Shown piece after piece: positions 47,101-56,599 of a stretch of DNA of 64,000 nucleotides. The position numbers and the translations under genes were made by a program. The DNA is taken from positions 10,904 to 74,903 of the forward strand of contig CAZETU010000005.1 in assembly GCA_964514585.1 (NCBI GenBank), written 5' to 3'. The notes beneath the pieces were generated by a model that was not told the DNA's origin, ran no database searches, and worked only from the letters and a program-made list of their open reading frames with translations. Position 1 is the stretch's first letter. Each line of letters starts with the position of its first letter. This DNA comes from Candidatus Woesearchaeota archaeon. GTDB taxonomy: Archaea; Nanobdellota; Nanobdellia; Pacearchaeales; GW2011-AR1.

Positions 47101-48202
47101 TAACACATTTATCAATTTTATAATCATAAAAATCTTTATCGCTACCATCTTCTCTATAAGGAATTTTCCAAGGAGCAACTAAAATCAATTTCTTTATCTT
47201 CTGTTTTGTGTCTCCAAGCCATCTACCCAAAAAAGCACAACCACAACTATGCCCAACTAAAATACTATTTTCATTAATATCTAATTTATCAAATTCTTTT
47301 TTCCATTTTTTATAATCTGGAGCCCAAGGTTCTGGCATTAATGGAGCATCAACTTTAATATTTTCTTTTTCTAAATTATCCTTAAGCCACAATCTCCAAT
47401 GTTTTTCATAAGACCTTTTCTCGGGGTCTCTTGGCTCATTACTATCTGGACACCCATGCACAATCACAACATTACTAATTTTACCCCCACCCTTTGATAT
47501 CTCAAAATCAATCTCAGTCCCATGCGACTTCCCAATCCAATTCCTCTGCATCGCCTTAGTCTTATCCGGCCAATCCATCTTGTCTAAATTCTCATACAAT
47601 TCATCAGCATACTCCGTCGTCTTCAAAAACCACTGTTTCAAATGCCTAACCTCAACTTCACAATCATCATGCCTCCAACACTTCCCCTCATGTACCTGCT
47701 CATTCGCCAAAACAGTATTACACTTACTACACCAATTAACCGCCGACGTCTTTTGATAAGCAAGCCCCTTCTCCAACATCTTCAAAAAAATCCACTGATC
47801 CCACTTATAATAACTAGGCTCATGCGTCGAAAAAGTCCTAGACCAATCATAAGAAAGCCCAATCTCCTTCATCTGCCTCATAAAATTAGGAATTGTCTTA
47901 TTTGTATAATCATCCGGATGTTCCCCAGCAAGGGTAGCCGCATTCTCCGCCGGCAACCCAAAAGAATCATACCCCATCGGGTATAAAACATTCATGCCAC
48001 TCATCCGTTTAAACCGCGCCATAATATCCCCAATCGTATAATTCCAAGCATGCCCCATATGAAGCCCCGAACCCGACGGATACGGAAACATCTCTAAAAC
48101 ATAATAAGGATTCTTGCCCTTCTCAGAAACCCCAAAAACCTTCTCGGCTTCCCATCTATCCTGCCACTTCTTCTCTAGTCCCGCAAAGTCAATTTCTACC
48201 AT
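44186..48202 (-). CDS. leuS: Leucine--tRNA ligase (bacterial-type core) with two inserted alpha/beta hydrolase domains and a Nudix domain
   Basis: EMFPYPSG..LHMGH, TTRPDT, WGVSRQRYWGTPIP, KMSKS; inserts ~46337-47497 and ~45535-45965. Confidence 0.95.
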   Translation of the reverse strand: MVEIDFAGLEKKWQDRWEAEKVFGVSEKGKNPYYVLEMFPYPSGSGLHMGHAWNYTIGDIMARFKRMSGMNVLYPMGYDSFGLPAENAATLAGEHPDDYTNKTIPNFMRQMKEIGLSYDWSRTFSTHEPSYYKWDQWIFLKMLEKGLAYQKTSAVNWCSKCNTVLANEQVHEGKCWRHDDCEVEVRHLKQWFLKTTEYADELYENLDKMDWPDKTKAMQRNWIGKSHGTEIDFEISKGGGKISNVVIVHGCPDSNEPRDPEKRSYEKHWRLWLKDNLEKENIKVDAPLMPEPWAPDYKKWKKEFDKLDINENSILVGHSCGCAFLGRWLGDTKQKIKKLILVAPWKIPYREDGSDKDFYDYKIDKCVKENIDEAVIFTSDNEEDDGKKSVKLFEKDIGGKIIDLKNHGHFVFGSMGTHEFPELLNEINRVKEQVLILHGWEDTSKSGFIPWLKDKLENDGKEVFDFDFPDTNSPDFDEWMNFAEKKIKKNGLKNFSIVGHSMGGHLALKLAEKYNVDKLVLVSPVGFNPSDKYFSQFKNSLPKEELEIFKKYQSHGLDVDKVKNNARKIDFIFGADDPYINGEVVDFFKENFENVEILKGKKHMSDSEGVKKLEEVLEFFKKDKWPIFTTRPDTIFGVTFMVVSAQHANLDSLVTKGQREEVDKFLKKLKSVSEKDAGDLEKEGVFTGSYAVNPVNGRRVPVWAGNFVVADYGAGMVMAVPAHDARDFEFAKKYGIEVRQVVRPVYGEAHKDAVYRDTISVVVHRKSDDKFLLVKWKEFGWIAPVVGGVDEGESVEDAAVREALEETGYKTKFVRTLGEKVESYFYADNKKVWRARVDQPVLLELIDEKPVEVEEKEKNRHDAIWLGADEALEQMTHKDNCAGLLEYLGKSEAYVGGGKLCNSGEFDGVDNVEAKKKITSWLKKKGVGRDVVNFKLRDWGVSRQRYWGTPIPVIYCEKCGVVGVAEKDLPIELPKDVKFGDGNPLETNEKWLNVKCPKCGGKGRRESDTMDTFVNSSWYFLRYCDPGNDKAIFDPKKVKYWCPVDTYVGGAEHACMHLIYSRFYVKFLRDLGLIDFDEPAVRLFHQGMLHGEDGEKMSKSKGNGVLPEEVSSKYGIDTARFFLSSLASPDKNIDWSEKGINGSSRFVKKIFEFSDKITFGKDSKGLEIRINNVVKMVTGYYDNFEYRKATILIRALFGLIEAEKIVSKETYEKFLQLLSPICPHIAEELWEKIGNKGFISKSSWPKVDEKKILKKGEAGDFNGKVIENVKGILDKTEGDVEKVCIYVMPFEIGKIDEKKISKGVGKEVEVYAVNDAGKRDPENRAKKAKPGKPSVWLE

Positions 48203-48509
48203 ATCAATTACCTATTTCCAATCTTTAAAAGATTTCCTTCTATATCATAAAAAACCGGAGCCCCAACAAAAAATTCTCCATGAAAATTCTTTTTCAAAAA
48301 TTCCATCTTCCGCGCTCCCTTAGGAATTGCCCACCTATTCAAATCAGACCCCCGAATATCTTTTTTATCACAAAAAAAACATCCAACCAAACCCTCGTCC
48401 CGAAGAATTTTATATCCCCTAATTAAACCGTCTCGGCTTTCCCTAGGTAACGCAAATCTTCTTTCATAGACATAAGTCTCACAGGATAAATATTGTACAA
48501 CCATTTTAA

Positions 48510-49168
48510 AAGTTTGCCGCATCAAGAAATCTCCCTAGTTTAGTGGGGAGATGAATTGTGCTTCTAGTTGGCAAACTTTTGTCTTGGAAAATTATTTATT
48601 CTAGAAAGTATTAAAGAAAATAGGAAGTTAATCCTACTTTCTCGAATGTAAACGTAGTTGTAACTTTCTGAAACTAAATAAACTTATCGGAGATTAAAAT
48701 GAAATTTGAAACACGTAGCTACGCACATGCCGTCGGGGAATTCAACTACCACATCCAATTGACAGTTGCTTACCGACGAGAGATTTTCTCAAACGAGAAA
48801 GTTTTGAGATTGACAAGAGCTTATCTCGTCGAGAAATTGAAAGAAATTAATGTCGAACTCGTTTGCTTAGAATTTGGTCCAGAGCATGTTCACCTTTTTG
48901 TGACGAACTGTAAAAATTATGCGCCTTGTCAGATTGTGCAATTTTTGAAAGGTTTCTCGTCGAGAATGATGTGAAAGAATCACTTGGAACTCTTCAGGAA
49001 TTTTCTTTGGGGCAAAAAGTTTTGGAGCGAAGGTTATTTTGCTAGGAGTATTGGATGTGTCACGACGGAGCGAGTTCGGTATTATATCGAAGATTCGCAA
49101 GGGAAGCATTGGGATTAGGTTTGGAAATTAGCTGGTCACGCTCCGGACTTTAGTCCGGGGTAGTTGAC
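48510..49168 (+). mobile_element. IS200-like element, copy 2
   Basis: Identical to 20065-20723 by eye except C->T in right-end hairpin loop (20706 vs 49151). Confidence 0.9.
48699..49118 (+). pseudogene. tnpA: TnpA with the same in-frame TGA (48972-48974)
   Basis: As copy 1. Confidence 0.88.
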
Positions 49169-49280
49169 AAAATCAGCCGCACTTACAAGAGCACGACAGT
49201 CAAGACTAACATTAATGCCAAAGCAGAAATCTGTGTTAATCCTTTCATGAAAAATTAAGGAAATTAAAGTTTATAGATGT

Positions 49281-50177
49281 TTACTTCTTCCCAAACTTCT
49301 TCCCTTCCTTAGCAATCTCTTCCCCAACCTCTTCAATAAGTTCTTTAACAAGATTAGGGCTAGTTAACCTCTTAATTTGCCTCAAAGACTTCTTAGCAGC
49401 CCTCTCCCCTCGACGAATCGCCTTCTTAGCCTTATGAAAATCCATCATATTAATTTTAGAAACCCTCGGACAAATAACAACATCAGCCTTATTCTTCAAC
49501 AGCTCAAACTCACAATTCTCATGAGTCATCATATTAGAAGCACTTTGAAGCACTTTCAAAATATTAGGAAAAGCATGTTTCTTATCACTTCGCCTAGCAG
49601 TCGCCTCAATCGGAGGTTTACCTTCAAACTCTTCAACATTAACAACAATAATAATATCAGCCCCCTTCTTCTTCAAAATCTCAATAGGCAAAGGATCAAC
49701 CACTCCCCCATCAACCAAATTCTTCCCGCCATTTCTCGTAGGAAAAAACACCCCAGGAATAGAAATACTAGATCGAACAGCCTTAGCAACATTTCCTCGA
49801 TTAAAAACAATTTCCTGATTATTATCAATATCAAACGCAGTCACATAAAGCGGAATCTTTAAATCCTTAAACTTCAAATTCCCAAGCCGCTCATCCAAAA
49901 AATTCTCAATCCTCTTCCCCTTAATAAAGCCAGACCGCGAAATCGTATAATCAAAAAGCTTATTCAAATTCATACTCAACGCATCCTTCTTCAACTTCTT
50001 ACTATTCATCTCAGCAGAATAAAGTGCCCCAATCAACGCCCCAATACTCGCCCCAGAAATCATATCAATCTCAATCCCATTCTCCTCAAAAACCTTCAAA
50101 ACCCCGATGTGCGCAAGTCCCCGCGCTCCACCACTACCAAGAACCAACCCCACCTTCTTCTTCTTGAACATAAACAA
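49281..50177 (-). CDS. Patatin-like phospholipase
   Basis: GSGGARG, GASIG nucleophile elbow, DGG. Confidence 0.92.
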   Translation of the reverse strand: MFMFKKKKVGLVLGSGGARGLAHIGVLKVFEENGIEIDMISGASIGALIGALYSAEMNSKKLKKDALSMNLNKLFDYTISRSGFIKGKRIENFLDERLGNLKFKDLKIPLYVTAFDIDNNQEIVFNRGNVAKAVRSSISIPGVFFPTRNGGKNLVDGGVVDPLPIEILKKKGADIIIVVNVEEFEGKPPIEATARRSDKKHAFPNILKVLQSASNMMTHENCEFELLKNKADVVICPRVSKINMMDFHKAKKAIRRGERAAKKSLRQIKRLTSPNLVKELIEEVGEEIAKEGKKFGKK

Positions 50178-50290
50178 AAATGGGATACAATCTTTATAAG
50201 ATTACTCTAGGTGCACCTTCAGTTCTCCTATCCTAACGCTTTTTTTCAAATCCTTACAAAGTCAAATTAAATAATAGTAAGATTTATATA

Positions 50291-50310
50291 GGTATATCAA
50301 CTGATATACC
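50291..50310. promoter_or_regulatory. Palindromic operator candidate for the TA pair
   Basis: GGTATATC-AACT-GATATACC directly after TATA-like ATTTATATA. Confidence 0.55.
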
Positions 50311-50367
50311 CATGAAAAAAAAGGGTGTCCTAGGGGAGCAAGCGGGATAAAGAGGAGAATTGAAATA

Positions 50368-50652
50368 ATGGGAAATAAAACTATTGTAAGGTCTCCTCGA
50401 CTGGACACTGTCCTAATGGTAGAAGGGTTCATAAAAGAAAACGATGGAGAATACAAAAAAAAACAACTATGGGGAGAATTACCCAAGAAAATGATGTATC
50501 AAACATATAGTACAATAATTGACTATTTGTTAATTTCAGGGAAGATTTCTGTAGATAGCCAAGGAAAAATTGGTTGGATATTCTATCCAGAACAAGCAAG
50601 AAAAAGACTCGAAAAAGCACATCTAACATGGAGAGGGCAAGGAAGAAAATGA
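50368..50652 (+). CDS. Putative wHTH antitoxin
   Basis: PRLDTVLMVE, KKMMYQTYSTIIDYL; ATGA overlap with toxin. Confidence 0.65.
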   Translation: MGNKTIVRSPRLDTVLMVEGFIKENDGEYKKKQLWGELPKKMMYQTYSTIIDYLLISGKISVDSQGKIGWIFYPEQARKRLEKAHLTWRGQGRK

Positions 50653-50966
50653 ACAAGCCTTGTGAAGTCCAATTCGTAGATGAAAAAATAAAGGAAACAT
50701 ATAAAAATACAGACGACCCATTGAAAAAACAACTAGAAAGAGCACTATATGATATAGAAGAAGACCCATTCTGCGGAATTCAAATTCCAAAAAAATTAAT
50801 TCCAAAAGAATACATTCAGAAGTATGATGTTAAAAATATATGGAAATACAATCTCCCAGGAGCATGGCGACTTATTTACTCAATTGAGGGTGGAGAAGCA
50901 GTAGTTATAACGATAATTCTAGATTGGATGGATCATAAAGAATATGAAAGAAGATTCAAATATTAG
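50649..50966 (+). CDS. RelE/YoeB-like toxin (105 aa)
   Basis: IWKYNLPGAWRLIYSI, ILDWMDHKEYERRF. Confidence 0.7.
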   Translation: MNKPCEVQFVDEKIKETYKNTDDPLKKQLERALYDIEEDPFCGIQIPKKLIPKEYIQKYDVKNIWKYNLPGAWRLIYSIEGGEAVVITIILDWMDHKEYERRFKY

Positions 50967-51284
50967 CTCACTCCAACCACCCCCAACACAAACCCACAGT
51001 CTCTAACTTTATTTTATTCCGTGGAATAAACAACTCAATATCATTTCCAAATTAATATCTTAATATGTTTTGAAAGACTTCAATTATCGTATCGGATTAG
51101 GAGTCCTTTCGGATTGACAAATAACCCGGATAAATTTATTCTTATACTCAATCTTAATATCCACAAAATCAAAATCCCCCCAAAATGCGACCGAGACCCA
51201 ACCCCAACCCCCAGTTGAAACATGTACCTCTTTCAAGTAGTAACAAAAGATAAGGTTTAAATAGTAATTAATCTTTAATATAGT

Positions 51285-51647
51285 ATGGCAAATAAAGCAG
51301 GTGAAGCATACGTAGTCTTTAGTTGTAGTGCTCCTAGAGATGTAGTTGAAGATATAACTAGATGTGCAAATGCAAATTCCGACTTAGAATTATCCCTAAT
51401 GGATGAAAATCAGGAGTTTAATGGAGATACTCAATTAACCGATTTAGCCCAAGAGGCTAAAGAAAAGGGAAGAAACTATATGATTCACGCATCATACCCG
51501 GATCATACAAATCCCGAAACAGTTGAAGAATTAAAAGTCGACTTTGATAATAAGGTTTATAATTCACCACAATTCCCAAGAGAAGAATCATTCCATGCAG
51601 AAATAGCGTACAAAAAAGAGGATGGACATTATTATATTATAGAATAA
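51285..51647 (+). CDS. Hypothetical protein
   Basis: 120-aa acidic ORF; TATA-like GTTTAAAT upstream. Confidence 0.55.
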   Translation: MANKAGEAYVVFSCSAPRDVVEDITRCANANSDLELSLMDENQEFNGDTQLTDLAQEAKEKGRNYMIHASYPDHTNPETVEELKVDFDNKVYNSPQFPREESFHAEIAYKKEDGHYYIIE

Positions 51648-51696
51648 TTATTTAGGGCATCAAACCATTAATAGACCTAGCGATTGGAGTGTTTAT

Positions 51697-54234
51697 CTAT
51701 TCCTCTAACCTCTTCCTAAGCTTCCCAACCCTCTCACGAATCGCAATCGCCCTCTCAAACTCAAGGCACTCAGCCGCCTCTTTCATATCAGCCTCCAACT
51801 CAATAATCACATTCGCAACCTCAGCCCTAGGTATACTCTTTATGTCCTTAATCTCCACAACCTTCTCCTTAATCGGCTTAACAATCGTCTGCGGCACAAT
51901 CCCATTCTTCTCATTATACTTCTCCTGAATTTTCCGCCGCCTCTCAGTCTCACCTATTGCCCCCCGAATCGACCCCGTAATATTATCAGCATAAAGAACA
52001 ACCCGAGCGTCCCTATTCCTAGCCGCCCTTCCAATAATCTGAATCAAACTCCTCTCATCCCTAAGGAAACCCTCCTTATCAGCGTCAAGAACCCCAACAA
52101 ACCCAACCTCCGGAATATCAATCCCCTCCCTAAGCAAATTAATCCCAACCAAACAATCAAACTTCCCCAACCTCAACTCCCGAATAATCTCAGTCCTCTC
52201 AAACGTATCAATCTCCGAATGCAAATACCGACACTTAATCCCATTCTCACCAAGAAAATCAGTCAACTCCTCAGCCATCCTCTTAGTAAGCGTAGTAAGC
52301 AAAATCCGATTCCCATCCTTAACAGTCCTCCGAATCTCTCCCAAAACATCCTTAATCTGTCCTGGATAATTTTTACTATCAATAATTTCTTCCAAAACCT
52401 CAGGAACACCCGAAGCAACATTACTCCCAAAATGTTTTTTATTTTCATAAACCTTAAACTTAGCCCCCAATTTCTCAGCATTTTCCTCCCCTCTAAAAAA
52501 AGGTACAATAGAATCATCTCTCGAATGAATAACTACAAAATCTTTACAATGAGATTTTATTTTTTCAAAATCATAACCATCTTCTGTGTAAAATCCGTCA
52601 CCACTTCCAGTTCTCCCCTCCCTATCAGGATTTCCAGAATTCGTACTCACCAAAATAACCCGCTTAACCTTTTCCCCCTTAGGAAGTTTTTCCAACCACC
52701 TCAAAAGTGTGACACCTCCTCTAGAATGACCAACCAAAATACTGTTTTTATCAACCTTCATCTTATCAAGCTCATTGAACCATTCTTTCAAAACAGGCTC
52801 GCTCCCTTCGGGTAAAGTCGGAGCAAAAAAGTCAATTCCTTTATTCTCAATTTCTTTTCTCAGCCAAGGATACCACTTGTCATTCGGGAGAGCATTCTTG
52901 CCATGAAGAAGAATCACATTGCTAACTTCCTCTGTCTCACTAGAAGACGAAATCCCCCGAATCTCAACCTCAGGATCAATAAGCCCAGTCGGCCGAATAA
53001 TCTGCTCAACCACCCCCAAGCTATTCAGACCCTCATAATTCCCCGGCGTCGCCGAAACAAAAACAACCTTATTCTTTTTCATAACATCCTCAAACTCACC
53101 AAAATTAAGCGGCCGATTATCATAAGCAGAAGTCAACCTAAATCCATAATCAATCAAACTTTTCTTCCGAGCCCTGTCCCCATTATGCATCCCCCCAATC
53201 TGCGGAATCGTTCTATGCGACTCATCAATAATCATCAAAAAATCCTCAGGAAAATAATCAAGCAAACAAAACGCCCTCTCCCCCTCGGCCCGACCATCAA
53301 AATGCCGCGAATAATTCTCAATTCCCTTACAAGTCCCAGTCTCTTTAAGCATCTCCAAATCATAATTCGTCCTCTGATTCAACCGATGCTTAATCAACGG
53401 ATCACTAATATCCTTCAAATCAACCTTCAACTGATCCCGAATCTCCCCAGTCGCTCGATCAAAAACAGCCTCGGGCACAACATAATTCCGCGCCGGCCAA
53501 ACATAAAAATATTCCATCCTATCAATCACCTCCCCCGTATTCTTATCAACTTCAACAATTCGCTCAATCTCATCCCCAAAAAATTCAACCCGAATAATAT
53601 TATTCCCATAACCCGGAACAAAATCAACAACGTCCCCCTTAACTCGGAAACGCCCACTAGTCAAATCCATATCATTCCGCTCAAAAGTCATCCCAACAAG
53701 TTTCTCAATAAATCCCCGACGACCAATCTTCATTCCAACCTCCAAATCACATCCCATCATCTTATACATCTTAGGGTCCGACAAACCATAAATACAAGAA
53801 ACAGAAGCAACAACAATCACATCACTCCTAGACAAAAGCGCAGCAGTCGTCGCATGCCTCATCTGTTCAATCCTAGGATTAATCGCCGAGTCCTTCTCAA
53901 TATACTGATCCCTCGCCGGCAAATAACTCTCAGGCTGATAATAGTCATAATACGAAATAAAATACTCAACCCGATTCTCAGGAAAAAACTCCCTCATCTC
54001 CTCATAAAGCTGCGCCGCCAAAGTCTTATTATGCGCAATAATCAAAGTCGCCTTATTCGTCTTCGCAATCACATTCGCCATCGTAAAAGTCTTCCCAGAA
54101 CCAGTAACCCCAAGAAGCGTCTGCATACTTTTCCCCTCCTTAATCCCAGCAACCAGTTTATCAATAGCCTCAGGCTGATCCCCCTTAGGCTTAAACTTGC
54201 TAGCTAACTTAAATTTCTTATTTTCAATTTCCAT
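51697..54234 (-). CDS. uvrB: Excinuclease ABC subunit B with inserted alpha/beta hydrolase domain
   Basis: GVTGSGKT, YYDYYQPE, DESH, SATPG, GINLLREG, QIIGRAAR; insert ~52365-52955. Confidence 0.95.
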   Translation of the reverse strand: MEIENKKFKLASKFKPKGDQPEAIDKLVAGIKEGKSMQTLLGVTGSGKTFTMANVIAKTNKATLIIAHNKTLAAQLYEEMREFFPENRVEYFISYYDYYQPESYLPARDQYIEKDSAINPRIEQMRHATTAALLSRSDVIVVASVSCIYGLSDPKMYKMMGCDLEVGMKIGRRGFIEKLVGMTFERNDMDLTSGRFRVKGDVVDFVPGYGNNIIRVEFFGDEIERIVEVDKNTGEVIDRMEYFYVWPARNYVVPEAVFDRATGEIRDQLKVDLKDISDPLIKHRLNQRTNYDLEMLKETGTCKGIENYSRHFDGRAEGERAFCLLDYFPEDFLMIIDESHRTIPQIGGMHNGDRARKKSLIDYGFRLTSAYDNRPLNFGEFEDVMKKNKVVFVSATPGNYEGLNSLGVVEQIIRPTGLIDPEVEIRGISSSSETEEVSNVILLHGKNALPNDKWYPWLRKEIENKGIDFFAPTLPEGSEPVLKEWFNELDKMKVDKNSILVGHSRGGVTLLRWLEKLPKGEKVKRVILVSTNSGNPDREGRTGSGDGFYTEDGYDFEKIKSHCKDFVVIHSRDDSIVPFFRGEENAEKLGAKFKVYENKKHFGSNVASGVPEVLEEIIDSKNYPGQIKDVLGEIRRTVKDGNRILLTTLTKRMAEELTDFLGENGIKCRYLHSEIDTFERTEIIRELRLGKFDCLVGINLLREGIDIPEVGFVGVLDADKEGFLRDERSLIQIIGRAARNRDARVVLYADNITGSIRGAIGETERRRKIQEKYNEKNGIVPQTIVKPIKEKVVEIKDIKSIPRAEVANVIIELEADMKEAAECLEFERAIAIRERVGKLRKRLEE

Positions 54235-54311
54235 AAAACACCGACAATAAACGAGGTTATAAGATTTTTGTTTCCCCAAATACTTATATAATTCAACAAC
54301 GATAAAAATCC

Positions 54312-54992
54312 ATGGTGATGAGAATAGGACACAGGGGCGCCATGGGCTACGAACCCGAAAATACAATCAAGTCATTCAAAAAAGCCCTCAAACTAAACGT
54401 CGACATTATCGAACTAGATGTCCACGTCTGCAAATCAGGGGAATTAATAGTTATACACGACGAAAAAGTAAATAGAACAACAAACAGGAAAGGCCTCGTC
54501 TCAGAAAAAACATTATCAGAGCTAAAAAAACTAGACGCAGGCAAAGGCGAAAAAATCCCAACATTATCAGAAGTTCTAGATATCATCGACAGAAAAGCCA
54601 AAATCAACATCGAACTCAAAGGCCCAAAAACCGCAAAGCCCGTACACGAATTAATCAAAAATTTTACAAAAAATAAAGGATGGAATAATAGCGATTTTAT
54701 CGTATCATCTTTCTATCCAAAAGAGCTAATAAAATTCCATAAACTTAATCCCAAAATCAAAGCCGGGTTTTTAATACAAAGAAAGCCCAATCTCTATATG
54801 AAACTAATAAAAAAAGCAGGCGCAAGCTCCATGAATGTGTCGATGAAATTCGTAAACAAAGAACTCATAAAAGATGCCCACAATATCGGACTAAAGGTAT
54901 ACGTTTGGACAGTCAACAATCCCAAAGATATTGAAAGAATGAAAAAACTCGGCGTCGACGGCATTTTCTCAAATTTCCCAGACCGACTATAA
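54312..54992 (+). CDS. Glycerophosphodiester phosphodiesterase
   Basis: GHRGA, PENT, ELDVH, IHD, NIELK, WTVN, DGIFSNFP. Confidence 0.92.
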   Translation: MVMRIGHRGAMGYEPENTIKSFKKALKLNVDIIELDVHVCKSGELIVIHDEKVNRTTNRKGLVSEKTLSELKKLDAGKGEKIPTLSEVLDIIDRKAKINIELKGPKTAKPVHELIKNFTKNKGWNNSDFIVSSFYPKELIKFHKLNPKIKAGFLIQRKPNLYMKLIKKAGASSMNVSMKFVNKELIKDAHNIGLKVYVWTVNNPKDIERMKKLGVDGIFSNFPDRL

Positions 54993-54994
54993 CG

Positions 54995-56554
54995 CTACCC
55001 CAAAACCTTCTTCCGCCTCAACAGCCTATTATAATTTATCGCAAACCGATGCGCCTCATCCCGAATCTCCTGCAAATATTTCAAAGCAACACCTTTCTTA
55101 TCAAGTCTAATACTCAAAGCTCGCCCAGGAATAAAAACTTCCTCATCTCTCTTAGCAATCGAAATCACAGGAATTTTCAGCTCAAGCTCACTCAAAACTT
55201 CCATAACACAAGAAAGCTGCCCCTTTCCTCCATCAATCAAAATCAAATCAGGCATCTCAAGATTATCTCTCTTCAACTTGGTATACCGCCGCCTAACAAC
55301 CTCCTGCATACAAGCAAAATCATCATTCCCCTCAACGCTCCGAATCTTAAACCGCCGATAATTATTTTTATCCGCCTTCCCATCCCTAAACTGAACCATC
55401 GACCCAACAGTACTAGTCCCAGACAAATGCGAAATATCAAAGCACTCAATCACCGACGGACTTTCATTCAAATTCAATTTATTCTTTAACTGGACAACCT
55501 TCTCAGAGTCACCAAACAACTTAATCTCAATATTTTTCCGAGCCAAATCCAACAATTCTTTCTTCTCTCCCATCTTCGGAACAACAATCCGAGTCTTGCC
55601 CAACCTATTCAAAAATTCCTCCAAAGTCGAATCAATTTTCTCCGGAAAAATAATCTCCCCCGGAACAGGATAATCACTATAATACTGAATCAAAAATTCC
55701 TCCAAAAAATTATCTCTAAAATCAAACTCAAAATCCTGCTTATTCTCCATAATCCCTTTCTTAGAATTAAACAAAATCAGGTATACCTTACCCTCGTGAA
55801 TAATCCAATTAATTATATCCTCATCATAACTCTTATTCCTCTCCATCTTCTGCCTCTCTCTCAATTCCTTAACCGCCCTAATCTGATTCCTAATTTCAAG
55901 AGCCCTCTCAAAATCAAGATTCCTAGAAAAATCCTTCATCTTAAAATCCAAAGTCTTAACAAGACTCCCAGTCTTCCCTTTCAAAACAAGTTCAGCCGCC
56001 TTCACATTCTCCAAATAATCCTTCTCGCTAATTTTCCCAATACAAGGCCCCGAACAAAGTCCAATATCATACCTCATACATTTTCTCTTCGGCAACTTAT
56101 TGCAAGTCCTAATCTTAAAAATTTTCCTCAACACTCTCAAAACATAATCACGACTAAGTCCCGAAACAAACGGCCCAAAATATTTTCCATTCCCACCCCT
56201 CTTCCTAGCAATCAATAACCGAGGAAACTTCTCGCCAGTCACTTCGATAAACGCATACCTCTTCGAATCCTTCAAATCAATATTATACTTCGGCTTATAT
56301 CTCTTAATCAAATTATTCTCCAAAATCAAAGCCTCAACCTCACTATCAGTCACAAAAAATTCAACATCTTTAATCTTCGAAACCAAAACATTAGTCTTCA
56401 CTTCCTCATGCTCACGATTAAAATAACTCTTCACCCGCTTCGCTAAGTTTTTTGCCTTCCCGACATAAATAATCTTACCCTCAGAGTCCTTAAACAAATA
56501 ACAGCCAGGATTCTTCGGAACATTTTCCAAGCTTACCATAAAACTATTCAACAA
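54995..56554 (-). CDS. uvrC: Excinuclease ABC subunit C
   Basis: GIY-YIG (GCY...IIYVGKAKNL), IECFDISH, IDGGKGQ, RDEAHRFA; appears to lack C-terminal HhH. Confidence 0.95.
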   Translation of the reverse strand: MLNSFMVSLENVPKNPGCYLFKDSEGKIIYVGKAKNLAKRVKSYFNREHEEVKTNVLVSKIKDVEFFVTDSEVEALILENNLIKRYKPKYNIDLKDSKRYAFIEVTGEKFPRLLIARKRGGNGKYFGPFVSGLSRDYVLRVLRKIFKIRTCNKLPKRKCMRYDIGLCSGPCIGKISEKDYLENVKAAELVLKGKTGSLVKTLDFKMKDFSRNLDFERALEIRNQIRAVKELRERQKMERNKSYDEDIINWIIHEGKVYLILFNSKKGIMENKQDFEFDFRDNFLEEFLIQYYSDYPVPGEIIFPEKIDSTLEEFLNRLGKTRIVVPKMGEKKELLDLARKNIEIKLFGDSEKVVQLKNKLNLNESPSVIECFDISHLSGTSTVGSMVQFRDGKADKNNYRRFKIRSVEGNDDFACMQEVVRRRYTKLKRDNLEMPDLILIDGGKGQLSCVMEVLSELELKIPVISIAKRDEEVFIPGRALSIRLDKKGVALKYLQEIRDEAHRFAINYNRLLRRKKVLG

Positions 56555-56599
56555 CTAAATCACCAATATATTTAAATATATTCTTAACTCGAAAAAAAT

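Noticed and set aside
48208-48525. 105-aa ORF beginning MMRQTFK
   Set aside because: Its start lies inside the IS left end (same artefact as the 19850 ORF); the remainder may be a fragment but has no supportable function
50970-51240. Possible gene remnant on the minus strand downstream of the toxin
   Set aside because: Short frames broken by several stops; no recognisable motif
52903-54207. Long antisense ORFs in the track (e.g. 1488, 3726, 15648, 18968, 42318, 52903, 61434)
   Set aside because: They shadow well-supported genes on the opposite strand and have biased, motif-free composition
44186-54234. Inteins in leuS and uvrB
   Set aside because: Inserts lack splicing residues and LAGLIDADG/HNH motifs; they are hydrolase and Nudix folds
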